Assembly: GCA_000002445.1 (NCBI GenBank)
Contig: CP000068.1
Location: 1,024,001 to 1,088,000, forward strand
DNA: 64,000 bases
Reading direction: 5' to 3'
Origin: Trypanosoma brucei
Taxonomy: Eukaryota
Shown: piece after piece, positions 32,301-40,416 of the stretch
Numbering within the stretch: position 1 is the first letter of the stretch
Layout of the letters: the number at the start of each line of letters is the position of its first letter
Notes under the pieces: generated by a model
What the model was told of the DNA's origin: nothing
The model's database searches: none
What the model saw: the letters and a program-made list of their open reading frames with translations, nothing else
Translations under genes and position numbers: made by a program

Positions 32301-35300
32301 AATGTTGCGCTTTGAAGAGAATCTGTGGTATTGGAAGTTTGGTAATCCACGGCATGTACAGCTGCTTCTTTGAGTAGGTTGTTGAATTCAACGTCTTTAA
32401 TAGTCACCCTGCGAAGAACACTATCGAGTACCCGAAGAACCATGCGCGTGCTCCACGTCACACCAAAATTGGAGGTACCAGCACCTTCAAAAACAAGCCG
32501 ACTTAGGGAATCACACAATCTTTGTAGTTTAAACATACATTTTTCCTTGTGAGAAGACTCCCCCCAAGCAGCGCACGTTCCTGTCGCCTTCGCGACAAGT
32601 TGAATCAGGAAACGCACGTGTTCTGTATGTATGAAAGAAATTGAAGAGCCTCCCACTTCAATTTTGTTCACCTCCGCGGTGCGTGCGAGCGGAAGAATCC
32701 AAGCGGAAAGTAGTTTGACATACGAGAACACATATTCAGCTGCCTTATGTGCCATACATGCAAATGTTCCCTCAACTGTAGCACTCAAGCTACCACTAGG
32801 GTGCCCACCAACCGCCAACTGCAACAACGACTGCCGAGCGTAGAAACCAGAAAGAATTCCTTGTAAAGATACCGCACCGTACACAACTGTTGAGTAGGAT
32901 GCGGTAAAGTCAGCACTGTCGAGAGGACAGGTTGGTAATTCACGAAGTTGTTGCAGCATCAAGGCAGCACCAGAGAGAAATGCAGAAAGTGACGGGTGCT
33001 TTCCAAAATGTCGGCAAAGCGTGTAAATGATGGCATCAAAAGAGCATGGAAGTAATTCTCTACGAAGTGAGTGCACGTAGGAGGTTTCACTTACACCTTC
33101 TCCCAGTTTGTGTATCATATGCAGACGATGGCACGTTTCATCAAGCGCTTTCGTCACCACATCTTTCAAAAGCGAGTCTACCGCTTCGATAGCTGCTGCG
33201 TTGTTTTCAGCGACAAACAACGAGGGACAAAACGGCGAGAGATTACTGCCTTTCCGGGCAGGAAACTTACGCCCGACAGAGCACCCCGCTAACGAATAAT
33301 GTAGTACCTTAAGCCAAAACAAACTGGCAACTGGCACAACATCACCGAATTGTTGCTGTAACTCTTCCACATGCACTATCAAAACCTCAACGAGTCCTGA
33401 AAAGGATGCCTCCTCGGAAGGTGCCTCCGACCCTGCACAACTCTCACTAGTAACCTCGGGAGGAATCGACAAAAGCACTCCAACGAAACTCGATATATCT
33501 CGCAGAAACCGGGTGTGGCTTTTAACCAAGTGGTCAAGTAAGATATGAAGCACAGAGAGCGCACGGTGCCGCATCCCCCGTTTCATAGTGCAGGTGAAAA
33601 TCGGAGTGATAGTCGTGTGATAACCTTTGTCATTGTAGAAAGGAATGCCAGACGTTATTCGGATATTGCCTCCGTTAGAATCCCACGTTGCTGCGCTCCT
33701 AAGGCTGAAAAGCACGACACAGACTCGTACAAACACGCTATTTTCTCCAGACGTGTTATGCTTCGAATCAAGATAAAGCGCCGAGTCGTGCATACTCAAC
33801 ACATCCAGCAAAACAGTTAGTAACCACGACGTTCCTTCATTCAGTGTGGCGTGGCCTCCATCCACTTCAACTACCTGCTCATCATTGAGACCCATCACAC
33901 ACAACTCCAGAAGTTTCAGCATGCTCTCCTCTGGAACTCGAAGACCCATCCGCCTCCTGCGAAACTCCCTGTAAGCGGAGGCCGCAGATTTCACATCATG
34001 GGTACGATGACACAAATCAAGCATATGCGTCAGTTCCGCTATCTCTGAATGTAGCTCCGGTGACTTGTATATGAAGCTCCGGTTGAGTAAGAAATACGCC
34101 ATTTCCACGTCACCTCCACACCCCTGCAGCACCGTTTTCCAAATAAAGGTAAAATCCACCTCCTTGACAACAGGCACCGGCCAAACCTGAAGTGCTAGAA
34201 GTATAATATGTCTCACCTCGTGCAACACAAAACACCGTCGTTGTTGATCTTCTGCCGTACTTGCGTCCTTATTCTCCTCACACAAAGTGTCATCCCCGCC
34301 ACGCCTATTACATTCCTTTCCTTGATTAGCTCTTTCCTTGTAATGGTGGCCCTGCCCCCTATGGCGAGGATTTCGGTGCTCTAGATGCCTCACACGCCGC
34401 GCACACGCCGTCAACGCCGCTTGTGCGATCCCTCGACTTTGCTGGTGACCCAACGCCAACAACGCAATGCGTATGAAGGAAAGTGGAGCGTGTGCAAAAG
34501 CAAATGAAAACCCTGCTATGTCGTGACTACTCAGCAGCCTCGCTTCATACTGTGTGAACAGAGACACTGCGTCAACCCACTGTTGCTGCTGCTTCAGTGA
34601 ATCGACCGTTTCAAACAAGTCAATATGCTCACTCTCGCTCAACGGAAGCTTCTTTGCCGGTGTGACGCTTCGTTCAGTTGTGCCGCGGTAGCGTAAAGCA
34701 GCTTCACTAGCAGTTTCAACAACTTGCAAGGCCTCCCGCCACCGCGGAGGGGTTGTTTGTGAGACCAACACGTCCATAATATACACGAGAGTGGTGCTCT
34801 TGTTAGTCGAATTATTGACTGCCACCACTTCATTACAATCACCTGCTATCGGATTGTGACACGGTTTTTGAGCACAAATAGAAATAGTCGCTTCAGCGAA
34901 AAGGGCTAGAGATAGTTCCCACATCTTTTCGCTCGGTTCAGTGCCTTCGAGAATGTTGACCGCGAGCCCTGTTTTTTCATTTGGGGGAAAGACACCACTT
35001 TCGTGCACAAGAGCGGCGACAGCAACCCGGCACAATTGCCACCTTTCCTTCTTTTCTTTAGTTTTCATTTGAAGTCTCTTGTTTTTTGTCAACCTTAGCA
35101 TATGCTCCAGCAACCCCTTTACGCGATAGTCCGCTATGGACTTAACGAGTGTGCCCAGCGTGGCAGTGATGTCGGGCACGGAGACTGAGTTTCTTTCCAT
35201 GTGAGTATGCGCAAGCATGGAAGCTAAATCGTTTACACTCTCTTGACGCTTCAGCACTTCTGATAGCCCGGGGACTACAACCGAGGAGTCAGACCCCATG

Positions 35301-37390
35301 CGAAATTGAGTGGGATTGTCATCTCGATGTTGGTGGTAAAAACAACCACCCTCTCTGAGAGAGACACCACAAATATCCACGGTAAACCGTCTGCTGAGAA
35401 ACTCCACTAGTTGCTGTATTTGCTTCATGGATTCGTCACTGACAGGAGATAGATCTTCCGTAATAATGTCATCGTCAACGTTAACGTGTGGGTCCCGCTT
35501 ACGGTTGCGACGGTTTTTATTTGTCGACTCATCGCCGCTTTGGGAAACCACCCGGGTCTTTCCTGCTTCACTTTCTCTATGTATGCGGTCCACGTAATTA
35601 TCGGCACCGAACCACATTGCCAACGCTGACGTCTCAGCAAAAAGCTCTCGTAGAAGCTCTTGCCAAGCGATGCATACACGCAGTTCATCCCCTTGTGCTT
35701 CTTTTTGGACATGGCGAAGAAACAAAGTGCTATTTGGAAAAAACACATCAGTCCAAAATTTTCTCCGCATCGCCGTACGAACAGAATTTGCGTCGAAAGA
35801 AAGTGAATCGGCAGAGCACTTTGAAACATCGCCGAAAGTGGGTTGCCGAATAACCCGGCATCCATCGATAACACGACAACTATTAACGCATGCGGTCATA
35901 ATTGTTCGGACGGTATCGACAACAACCCCAACGATAGCATCTCTCATTTCAACCTCGTGCTCATGAGTAAGGGCAGCAATCACAAGAGCGCCGTGCGACA
36001 TCAACAGCTGCAATACACGCTGCGCGTACTTGAGTTCAGAGTTGTCCAGCAGGCACACTGAGCAATCCTTCTCCCCATCCCCACCGTCCAGTAGCACTAA
36101 ACGTGCCGAAGCACACAACCGTATCAATGTGGTGGCATCCTCCTGCAAATGCTTCTCCTCGCTCTTCCGGGGTAGCAGATGTGGGGAGCACCGGAACTCA
36201 AACTGTCGCCTCCGCTGCTCAACCTTCAAAATAACCAAGTTAAGAACTGCCCTCCATTTCAATAGTTCTGTGTCGACTGCTGCACCCCAGTTTTCTCTTA
36301 GCTGTGCACACCACAAGAGTAAGTTCGCCGCATTGCACTCGAGGAAATGTGAGGGTGCCGTATCATCCCTTTTAACATCTTTTCCCTCACTCATTATGTA
36401 AGTGGGTAGATCGCGAATTACACAACCGTCAAGCATCTGTTCCAAAGCGATTTGAAGAACGTGTTCCATTGCTTGGGGCCGAAGGTTAGCGTTGTTGGCG
36501 ACCGCAGATATCAGTGAGTTTAAACTACAGCGCTCTGTCAGGTTATCGCAAACTCCGTTTCCCTCTACTCCTACCTCCCTTGGTGTGCCTTCGTGGTACG
36601 TGCAAACACGCAGTAACGTATATACTGCATCTTCCCACGATGAGGTGAAGCAGTCTGACATCTGCCCCTGTAACTTCAGCCAATGGGACTTATTACCAGG
36701 ACCATCGGCCTGATCTGAAGGTTCAAACACATCACGCACGCCAAGAAGCAGTTCAACTTGAATTACTCGAGTTTTCGTGTGTGGTCCTAAATTACACAAA
36801 TCAACAGCGCGAACTGACGAGTGCTCCTCCGTAAGTGATGCATTTGCCAGGAGAATATTCCTTGCGAACATTAACTGTTCCCTTCGCTTATCAGTCTCGA
36901 ATGTTGAAAATTCGTTAGAGTTACTACTTTGTCCACTCCCATGCTGTTGCCAGCTGTCCATAGCACGCAGAGCACTACGTACAATATCAGGCTCAAGCTG
37001 CAGCCTTTGTTCAGTGGCGTGTCGCACAAGCATCACCACCGCTCGCCAGCTCCCCATGCTGATAACGGCCTCTGACGCAAGAGCGGCGCCAAGCAGTACG
37101 TTACACAAATCCTCATCATCTTTTTTAATATCAGTAGTCACTGCACCAGTGCCCGCAGTTGTGGGGGTAGTTTTTTCATTCACTGCGATGAACTGACTAC
37201 TTAAACGGAGGACAAATTCCCACTGTCCGTTAGCTACTAAAAATGGGAAAAGTGTTTTGTATGGGAGGCTGCGAAGCGAGGTTCTGGCTTTCTCACACCC
37301 ACGGAGCACGCGTAAACAGGCGCGCCAGTCACCGCAATCAATATGTTTGGAAAAATATGTCGATAGAGAGTCACGTAGCCGTCCGGCCAT
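23312..37390 (-). CDS. Giant hypothetical protein, 4692 aa counted from the first ATG. It is Leu/Ala/Val-rich and probably an alpha-helical repeat (HEAT/ARM-like) scaffold. No P-loop, kinase or HECT motif was recognised.
   Basis: The track ORF 23312..37600 is uninterrupted for 14.3 kb. Its first codon is TTG, with TAA two codons upstream. The first in-frame ATG is at residue 71 (MAGRLRDSL...), which places the start at ~37390. Confidence 0.8.
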   Translation of the reverse strand: MAGRLRDSLSTYFSKHIDCGDWRACLRVLRGCEKARTSLRSLPYKTLFPFLVANGQWEFVLRLSSQFIAVNEKTTPTTAGTGAVTTDIKKDDEDLCNVLLGAALASEAVISMGSWRAVVMLVRHATEQRLQLEPDIVRSALRAMDSWQQHGSGQSSNSNEFSTFETDKRREQLMFARNILLANASLTEEHSSVRAVDLCNLGPHTKTRVIQVELLLGVRDVFEPSDQADGPGNKSHWLKLQGQMSDCFTSSWEDAVYTLLRVCTYHEGTPREVGVEGNGVCDNLTERCSLNSLISAVANNANLRPQAMEHVLQIALEQMLDGCVIRDLPTYIMSEGKDVKRDDTAPSHFLECNAANLLLWCAQLRENWGAAVDTELLKWRAVLNLVILKVEQRRRQFEFRCSPHLLPRKSEEKHLQEDATTLIRLCASARLVLLDGGDGEKDCSVCLLDNSELKYAQRVLQLLMSHGALVIAALTHEHEVEMRDAIVGVVVDTVRTIMTACVNSCRVIDGCRVIRQPTFGDVSKCSADSLSFDANSVRTAMRRKFWTDVFFPNSTLFLRHVQKEAQGDELRVCIAWQELLRELFAETSALAMWFGADNYVDRIHRESEAGKTRVVSQSGDESTNKNRRNRKRDPHVNVDDDIITEDLSPVSDESMKQIQQLVEFLSRRFTVDICGVSLREGGCFYHQHRDDNPTQFRMGSDSSVVVPGLSEVLKRQESVNDLASMLAHTHMERNSVSVPDITATLGTLVKSIADYRVKGLLEHMLRLTKNKRLQMKTKEKKERWQLCRVAVAALVHESGVFPPNEKTGLAVNILEGTEPSEKMWELSLALFAEATISICAQKPCHNPIAGDCNEVVAVNNSTNKSTTLVYIMDVLVSQTTPPRWREALQVVETASEAALRYRGTTERSVTPAKKLPLSESEHIDLFETVDSLKQQQQWVDAVSLFTQYEARLLSSHDIAGFSFAFAHAPLSFIRIALLALGHQQSRGIAQAALTACARRVRHLEHRNPRHRGQGHHYKERANQGKECNRRGGDDTLCEENKDASTAEDQQRRCFVLHEVRHIILLALQVWPVPVVKEVDFTFIWKTVLQGCGGDVEMAYFLLNRSFIYKSPELHSEIAELTHMLDLCHRTHDVKSAASAYREFRRRRMGLRVPEESMLKLLELCVMGLNDEQVVEVDGGHATLNEGTSWLLTVLLDVLSMHDSALYLDSKHNTSGENSVFVRVCVVLFSLRSAATWDSNGGNIRITSGIPFYNDKGYHTTITPIFTCTMKRGMRHRALSVLHILLDHLVKSHTRFLRDISSFVGVLLSIPPEVTSESCAGSEAPSEEASFSGLVEVLIVHVEELQQQFGDVVPVASLFWLKVLHYSLAGCSVGRKFPARKGSNLSPFCPSLFVAENNAAAIEAVDSLLKDVVTKALDETCHRLHMIHKLGEGVSETSYVHSLRRELLPCSFDAIIYTLCRHFGKHPSLSAFLSGAALMLQQLRELPTCPLDSADFTASYSTVVYGAVSLQGILSGFYARQSLLQLAVGGHPSGSLSATVEGTFACMAHKAAEYVFSYVKLLSAWILPLARTAEVNKIEVGGSSISFIHTEHVRFLIQLVAKATGTCAAWGESSHKEKCMFKLQRLCDSLSRLVFEGAGTSNFGVTWSTRMVLRVLDSVLRRVTIKDVEFNNLLKEAAVHAVDYQTSNTTDSLQSATLAVALIMLESAISMPNNFLQDAVLILPFDAKARELLQGDASLLTVLVVVWLIFLGVSPSLIHRVVKSLVPFTPQFIANAEQLLLYFLPSAMRITMVSELLRMIICSGENLVELLVLGVLVTNRQRDEYTSLHAEEVVFSVINAVGATVPNRWDLALAAARGCSLVLSQPQRKEVSDANEVLVSKAKLWERLAVAIQSCGPWPRGVALQTLLEVRCGSPCSEGRRDDKHHSGLQQDYVELLRATSDLNAHFNCSSLAPPQYRGPDSSPLRLLVQRRHQQIFQAASIVLGNARQKHDREGRQRVLGTLLSCDSSVQFVACERMASLSHGIGTSPQKQRGRDRDTFDSWIVDCVALWPWEAISNDTQHFIIWSYATLKATTALGRRLQSEETQPLLVSPSMALETPPTTSFSVENSATVPATTVAASSVTLNFPRALFGMSWAKELRREQSERVGANGSKGSDFVIPFPYDCKTIMTVLRGDGYITDVTVEDTLLAVSSGFSCLQYVYALFSSGGPVKEERELLLFIAGCCRSMQEVAHAVLKRLNGPPPLLDAVISMWNVLCIRRVEFGGLQESTDVEGVAEAPLDHNTAALFVVLAVGALRRSGDSSLISKNSTQQQRQLIAEMFAHTAIVCGGSRNREWEEKQGHFDEALFRKRCVDVAGAAIRKLGLQKHWHVQVCESSFFDDHINLAIRLVRDDTTWISLWPPMSLELSRCRRYVDGVLCSNSVKVDACQVRHPKAICWLMEQCVAASSRFRGEKARLFDVIGLLDILQGYILRGVAYFTLVSPERSTQVKVEDSTAAPLYVRGTAAGLVVDQFASLAIKRWSREPCHWSDHANIGVYDVIRNLVDAIFPRTSRISEPPSGAHSFLSGYAPVSTTGVVALTQLLVVREDLEERRTVVVDHVVSLLKLEQRREATRLLVANDVKTSSWSNFPDNLGVEIGRSRQPCDLKDMLLFHVRALVASVRFVNPLGWHDKRQLTLDTAYTALLDFLLLYDGGQLSLREVDIVTGEVESELEKIFGSGVRRVILASRPRRTAVSQDEAVTVEMLLDFLNGKWKRQDTRRQRQEVRLHYKLHEILASHNGGDVIAGAPEILLLDGEEMKGAEFSALLSAFPDTYTVVQKALWSAAVVPSHDVTFKILDAAVSGNGDVGAICAALQVFATVAPYMVVTTMMLEKVLVLLIEAQKYRVSKSCAALCRSTLDLILRRFQYVPLNTPEAVAMMAELYALLSAKSRTISGMSEIEEVELEHLLWRCVVESDRVERAPLEDALSLLEYHSLKSVHRGCRLFLLYRNNRPHYDPPFLRLGRMLDALLIFRKTPNQSTHVCLTEGLLKSLEKEAYASPMHASSEEIRLLPWRRSLRFMPDNSDECGVEGLRCRFFIVIMTQLFLLRSRGVNAIRHLWKEALVSITRTAEKNMWCVVSGNEHCRRATELALRTIHIAQPLDQWVPALNLVQRLPAVSAGSTLQYFRTVDEALSETLRYVLGACSMTSIPIAVLVEFLRFLAAKPPFVQLISRGCNSSVRHLNCAQMLADLTKKLQKHPYLGWIDGLAVLQSLSFHRPNSSDVTKKTDPKRDNGDKSYIILREAKAAFVTATMQRMYKRQAYEPLLRFVEAAQQTTDNPRIRGRDTLAMLEHAASVVFPISADSNGPWVILSLLNGTLIGKTVDDMLREQSSGTLSRKERHLHDLLRNGQTGDAAVVARQAPQLLQSRATHDACVSLIRRFHHSAVVHFYDELLHGGQDGSECMYAAPTTYIQCYERVVIFRNLPADSLTLAVTAFEVASNCPSGLSERSQWTGVFIAVAWLRAQTNDSVCFEPLALTLRWVQRDVPKTVEGPLSVLEATVQEILSTCEAAEGNQIENDSEGVTSSALRMLCVNRTATRLLVEILSGVFPTTTSRLCGALQREYQKVKLCPPTEEKNEWLDFLCSTAAYNEALYTNNEQYKLLARTPSDTNQRNTILFWRNREIFRARPGGGSSDWLSALAAYVSARSYIGRPCVTAAQATQLVNLMVASGSLGVVVTAARDVFLFSPEAVPLGDSVSTADSICTEALSLLFSGLHSMKRQAINFVNTETSEKHLPMLLQNTLNELEMLNHFVEDVLERLQEKESVSSTSGIGAFWGNTELGCHMIGCLALTPIGTASTTRGNISAANIVSSLERWRLLLLCVLNALPPHQRHASVLNAVMVSIRDAFVILNKLQKCPVPAVTGCQEALKGLWCDALSLVASNNELRRCFFSTGKGCNLSQQGMLRQDVVDALFHCASLTGDRGLNAMKALCDSLVRPHGIRLSEEAMSLLKVACINNMDQRHGLRFLVICESLLGGPPLVAQRQAELLADDMELQELEYLSTVEKKLSVDCAKLVFLVEKRRAAGVRLQRSHYRKLFLLLEERGKGLKPIEMADAVMFLYFSQLQDGSTPDVRDVERLLHVLSRAAVPPLLILQYAKAMTLIPYARTGRNTGQKISSLPRSETNAYEVGEMPYFIPSEELLVLITDAAWKLRFATQEGGCASADETQEGIQMFASFLEWSTQFSRIHCFKPSLVESIVLILCTLPEKASMTPKTMGNESHAVAVTQQFLGDVRVLLPIALSRTFGGHAFSEDAQSIFQMSMRSSGENIGGDRIQIPELVQTVIPTQESLCELRNTALAAAHVIKQQMMLHSSLPISSSLLCRVFAAAVAGCGSTRLSQTLEVLSQIARDDKLITPPLRYLLALTVAEQSVLWDLFYKSACPDVEVEGVTAAVVVHYVSKAFDIVRLCFAPKESLTLGEVLLPCSSGEGAEDCNEFEDKGDWGQGRGLSWEERLGEVNGEPTSTRSCDNDLLLWEKSLQLFGVFFLNARPKADLSVPFVTLLEILCRCGQWSSACKYVARVGAPGQQPLRRTLQALTNPPKRESGFDTSVNADDIDTEKLLSQHVVVDGFLLERLVRTVYTAHQLWQRQHVVNTERSNNIPLGFWRLALHLLEEHKLFVKRSLIASDSDARNGKAHSSLSPSTFAVMMKIRPQ

Positions 37391-38255
37391 AAAAGGAAAG
37401 TTATTATTCCTCGTATTGGTGTGCTGCGCTAATGTAAACGAAAATACGAAAAAAAAACTATTAATTAGATCAAATCCAAAGAATATCCGTCTCGGACCTT
37501 TTTTGATGTGTGCACGCGGGCAAGTAGTTGTTTTTGTAAGTAGTCCGACCTCACTGTGAAGAGGATGGCACTGCACAAGGAAATGGGCAACTTCCCACAA
37601 TAGTTATGACTAATCCCTGCAATGCGATAACGGTAAAAGGGGAGTGCCTCATTGTTTAAAGCAAAAACAGAGAAGGTGTAATGCTGAATGTGCCACAAGG
37701 AGAGTTGGAGTAGCCAAAACAGGCTAACAGTGCCATAAAGTGGCACAGGAAACGTTTTAACACTGCAGCGAGGGTTAGCAGTCATTAAAAAAAATGTGTA
37801 AAGTGCTTGTTTTATACGTGAATGATTCATTCAACTGTAAAATCGGGGGAAATGAAACAAGCAACTCTTTTCGCACTCATACAGTGTCTTTTTTCATTCA
37901 TCCCCCTTCCAACTATCTTGTCACTCACTACAATCGGCGACCTCCGCGCCATAGACACCTATAAGCTCATCCGCAAAAACGCCCTCGATCCTTTCCAGTC
38001 ACCCTTAATTTAACTCGCATTAAGACACCTTCTCTGCGTGCCATACTCTCCCAAGAGAGACCACCGACAAACCACTAATAACCGTAGCGCATTTAGAACC
38101 CCCGACCGCGCCCTTGGTAACCAACATCTGCTATATCAGTTTCCAAGCGAGGTGGTTGGGAAGCCGATACTCTTGTCCTCCCCTTAAACCAAAATAAAGA
38201 AACTTTTCCTCACGCGACACCAATGTTTCTTGAAGGAGGGAGGAGGGGGGAGGTG

Positions 38256-38543
38256 CTACTCCATACCGAGGGATCCCGGGGGCAGCCCTTGCAGCATCTC
38301 TTTTTCCCGTTGCTCCCTCGAAGCGTTCATCAAACGCATAACCTCAAAGTGCCGTGCGATGCACTTCCGCTGGCAAGCCTCCATCTTTTGTAGTTTAGCG
38401 TCCGGTAGAACCCCTTCAACTAATTCGTGTCGGGTGAGGTTACGGTCATAACATATGTCCCAGCATTGCTCAAGCGCACTATTTGCGAGATCAAGCATCC
38501 CGTAGCGCTCCATAGCCTGCATGAGCATCATTTGGCTCTGCAT
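38256..38543 (-). CDS. Small twin-CX3C protein, 96 aa from the first ATG. Candidate small Tim-like intermembrane-space chaperone.
   Basis: The track ORF begins with TTG, and the first ATG gives MQSQMMLMQAMERYG.... Two CX3C motifs are present (CWDIC and CQRKC) with an atypical ~25-residue spacer. Its size suits a small Tim. Confidence 0.4.
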   Translation of the reverse strand: MQSQMMLMQAMERYGMLDLANSALEQCWDICYDRNLTRHELVEGVLPDAKLQKMEACQRKCIARHFEVMRLMNASREQREKEMLQGLPPGSLGME

Positions 38544-38704
38544 GACTACTTCCAGCCACAAGTGATTGAAGTGGATAAGAAACGAAAGTAATTAACACTT
38601 TCCTTGTAACTTATTGCACGGCTACTCCCCCTGTGCGCTCTGTTTGACCGGCAAAAAAGATACCTACGTCTGGAGGAAAAAAAAATCCCTAAGTGATTTT
38701 TGGC

Positions 38705-38727
38705 ACGCCTTCCTGTATATATATATA
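38705..38727. repeat. (TA)~11 microsatellite.
   Basis: The run is directly visible in the sequence. Confidence 0.9.
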
Positions 38728-39699
38728 TATATATATTAGGTCCGTAGTCCCCGTGGGTAAAGAATGCGCGAAGGTATTTGAAGATGTGAAAGTGTGCAAG
38801 GGAAGAAAAGAACCGAAAGGTGACTTGGAAAAACGTAACTTAGAAGTTACATGAATAAAAATGAAGGCAGTAGCGACAACATCGTGTAGAAATGGGGAGA
38901 AGAGAATCGTGAAGAAAGAAGATTTGCACAGCTGTCCATGTAAGATCGTACGCTACATTTTCTATTTTTATTTTCTTCTTTCCCCACCAACGCCACCGCC
39001 GTGAGGTGGCATCTTTCCATATAGATTTCACAGCTGGTAATTGATCTACTTTTGCTTTTTTTTTTCCTTCCCCCCTTCCCTTGTGCCGCCGTTTCACATC
39101 CCTATTTGCGCCCTCATTAAAATATACACCACCCTTTCATCAACTCGCAGTTGCAACCCTATCCACCCCTCATATTATTTTCTCCATTCGCCATTATTTA
39201 CACATTTTCCCTCCCCATTCTAAACTCCACCATTTCTTCCCCTCCTCCTCCTCCGGTTACTAAATCTTCCACTACAATGTGAACAAGTTTATGGTATTTT
39301 GAACTGAAGAAGCAAATAGGAACCAGAGGACGATAGAATCATTATAGAAGGTGCCGAAAATGTACGAGTAAAGGAAAATAAATAAAAATAAATAAGAGTC
39401 ATGGAGGAAAATACAAAGTTGTGAAGGGACCTAAGCATCCGATCCAACAGTAAGAAAAAAAGTGGGAGACATCAAGCTACGTTCGGTTGCGTATAACTTA
39501 ATTAACAGCTGCATCGCACATCCATGAACGGAAAGCACAACCTCCTTCCAGAAATATCTTCACTAAACTATAAAAGTAAGGGAGACAGTTGAGTCAAAAC
39601 CGTGAGAAGCATCAAAAAACAGTAAAGTTTAAAAAGTTAAAGGCGCGCACCGAAAAAAAAAATTAATGGATAAGCTGACCTTTTGCAGAGGCACTGAAG

Positions 39700-40416
39700 T
39701 TACTTCATAGCCTGTTCATACGTCCTTGAAACAAACTCCCAATCAACAATAGTCCAAATTTCCTTGAGGTAATCCACGCGCCGGTTTTCAAAGTCCTTGT
39801 AATATGCATGTTCCCACACATCCACTGTGAAGACGGGTCGGAGTCCTTTTGTGATTGGGCACCCGGCATTGCTGGTATTATCAATTACAAGAGGTTTACC
39901 CTTATTTTTCGGGTCCACACACAACCACGTCCAGCCAGAGCCAAAGTTGTTTGCTCCCGCTTGCATGAACGTGTCCTTAAAACCGTCAACTGAACCAAAC
40001 TGAGCAGTGAGGGCAGACTCCAGGGATTTGGGCATTGGCTTCCCATTGGGTGTAATGCACAACCAATAAAAGGAGTGGTTGAAGTGCTGTGCCGCTTGGT
40101 TGAACAAGACCTTCTTCTCAGAATCATTAGCTAAAGCAACGATAATATCCTCCATAGTTTTTCCATCGTATGTGGCTCCCGCCAGTGCATTCAACTTGTC
40201 AACATACGCCTTGTGATGCTTCGTGTAGTGCAGCTCCAACTGACGTGGGCTGAGCACCGGTGCACATCCGTCTTTCCAGTTGAACTGAAGCGGTGGCAAT
40301 TCCGCTGCTGCTCCATTTGGCTTCTTAAGGTTAGGCAAAGTTGCGTACTGCATGCACGCAAGGCCCAGTGGTGCCATGTGATGGCCCGTTGCGCAACGCA
40401 TCATGACAGACCTCAT
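39700..40416 (-). CDS. Iron superoxide dismutase (Fe/Mn-SOD family) with an N-terminal mitochondrial-type presequence, 238 aa from the first ATG.
   Basis: The track start at 40443 is GTG. The first ATG gives MRSVMMRCATGHHMAPLGLA.... Conserved SOD blocks: HYTKHHKAYV, NQAAQHFNHSFYW, GSGWTWL, DVWEHAYY. Confidence 0.9.
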   Translation of the reverse strand: MRSVMMRCATGHHMAPLGLACMQYATLPNLKKPNGAAAELPPLQFNWKDGCAPVLSPRQLELHYTKHHKAYVDKLNALAGATYDGKTMEDIIVALANDSEKKVLFNQAAQHFNHSFYWLCITPNGKPMPKSLESALTAQFGSVDGFKDTFMQAGANNFGSGWTWLCVDPKNKGKPLVIDNTSNAGCPITKGLRPVFTVDVWEHAYYKDFENRRVDYLKEIWTIVDWEFVSRTYEQAMK

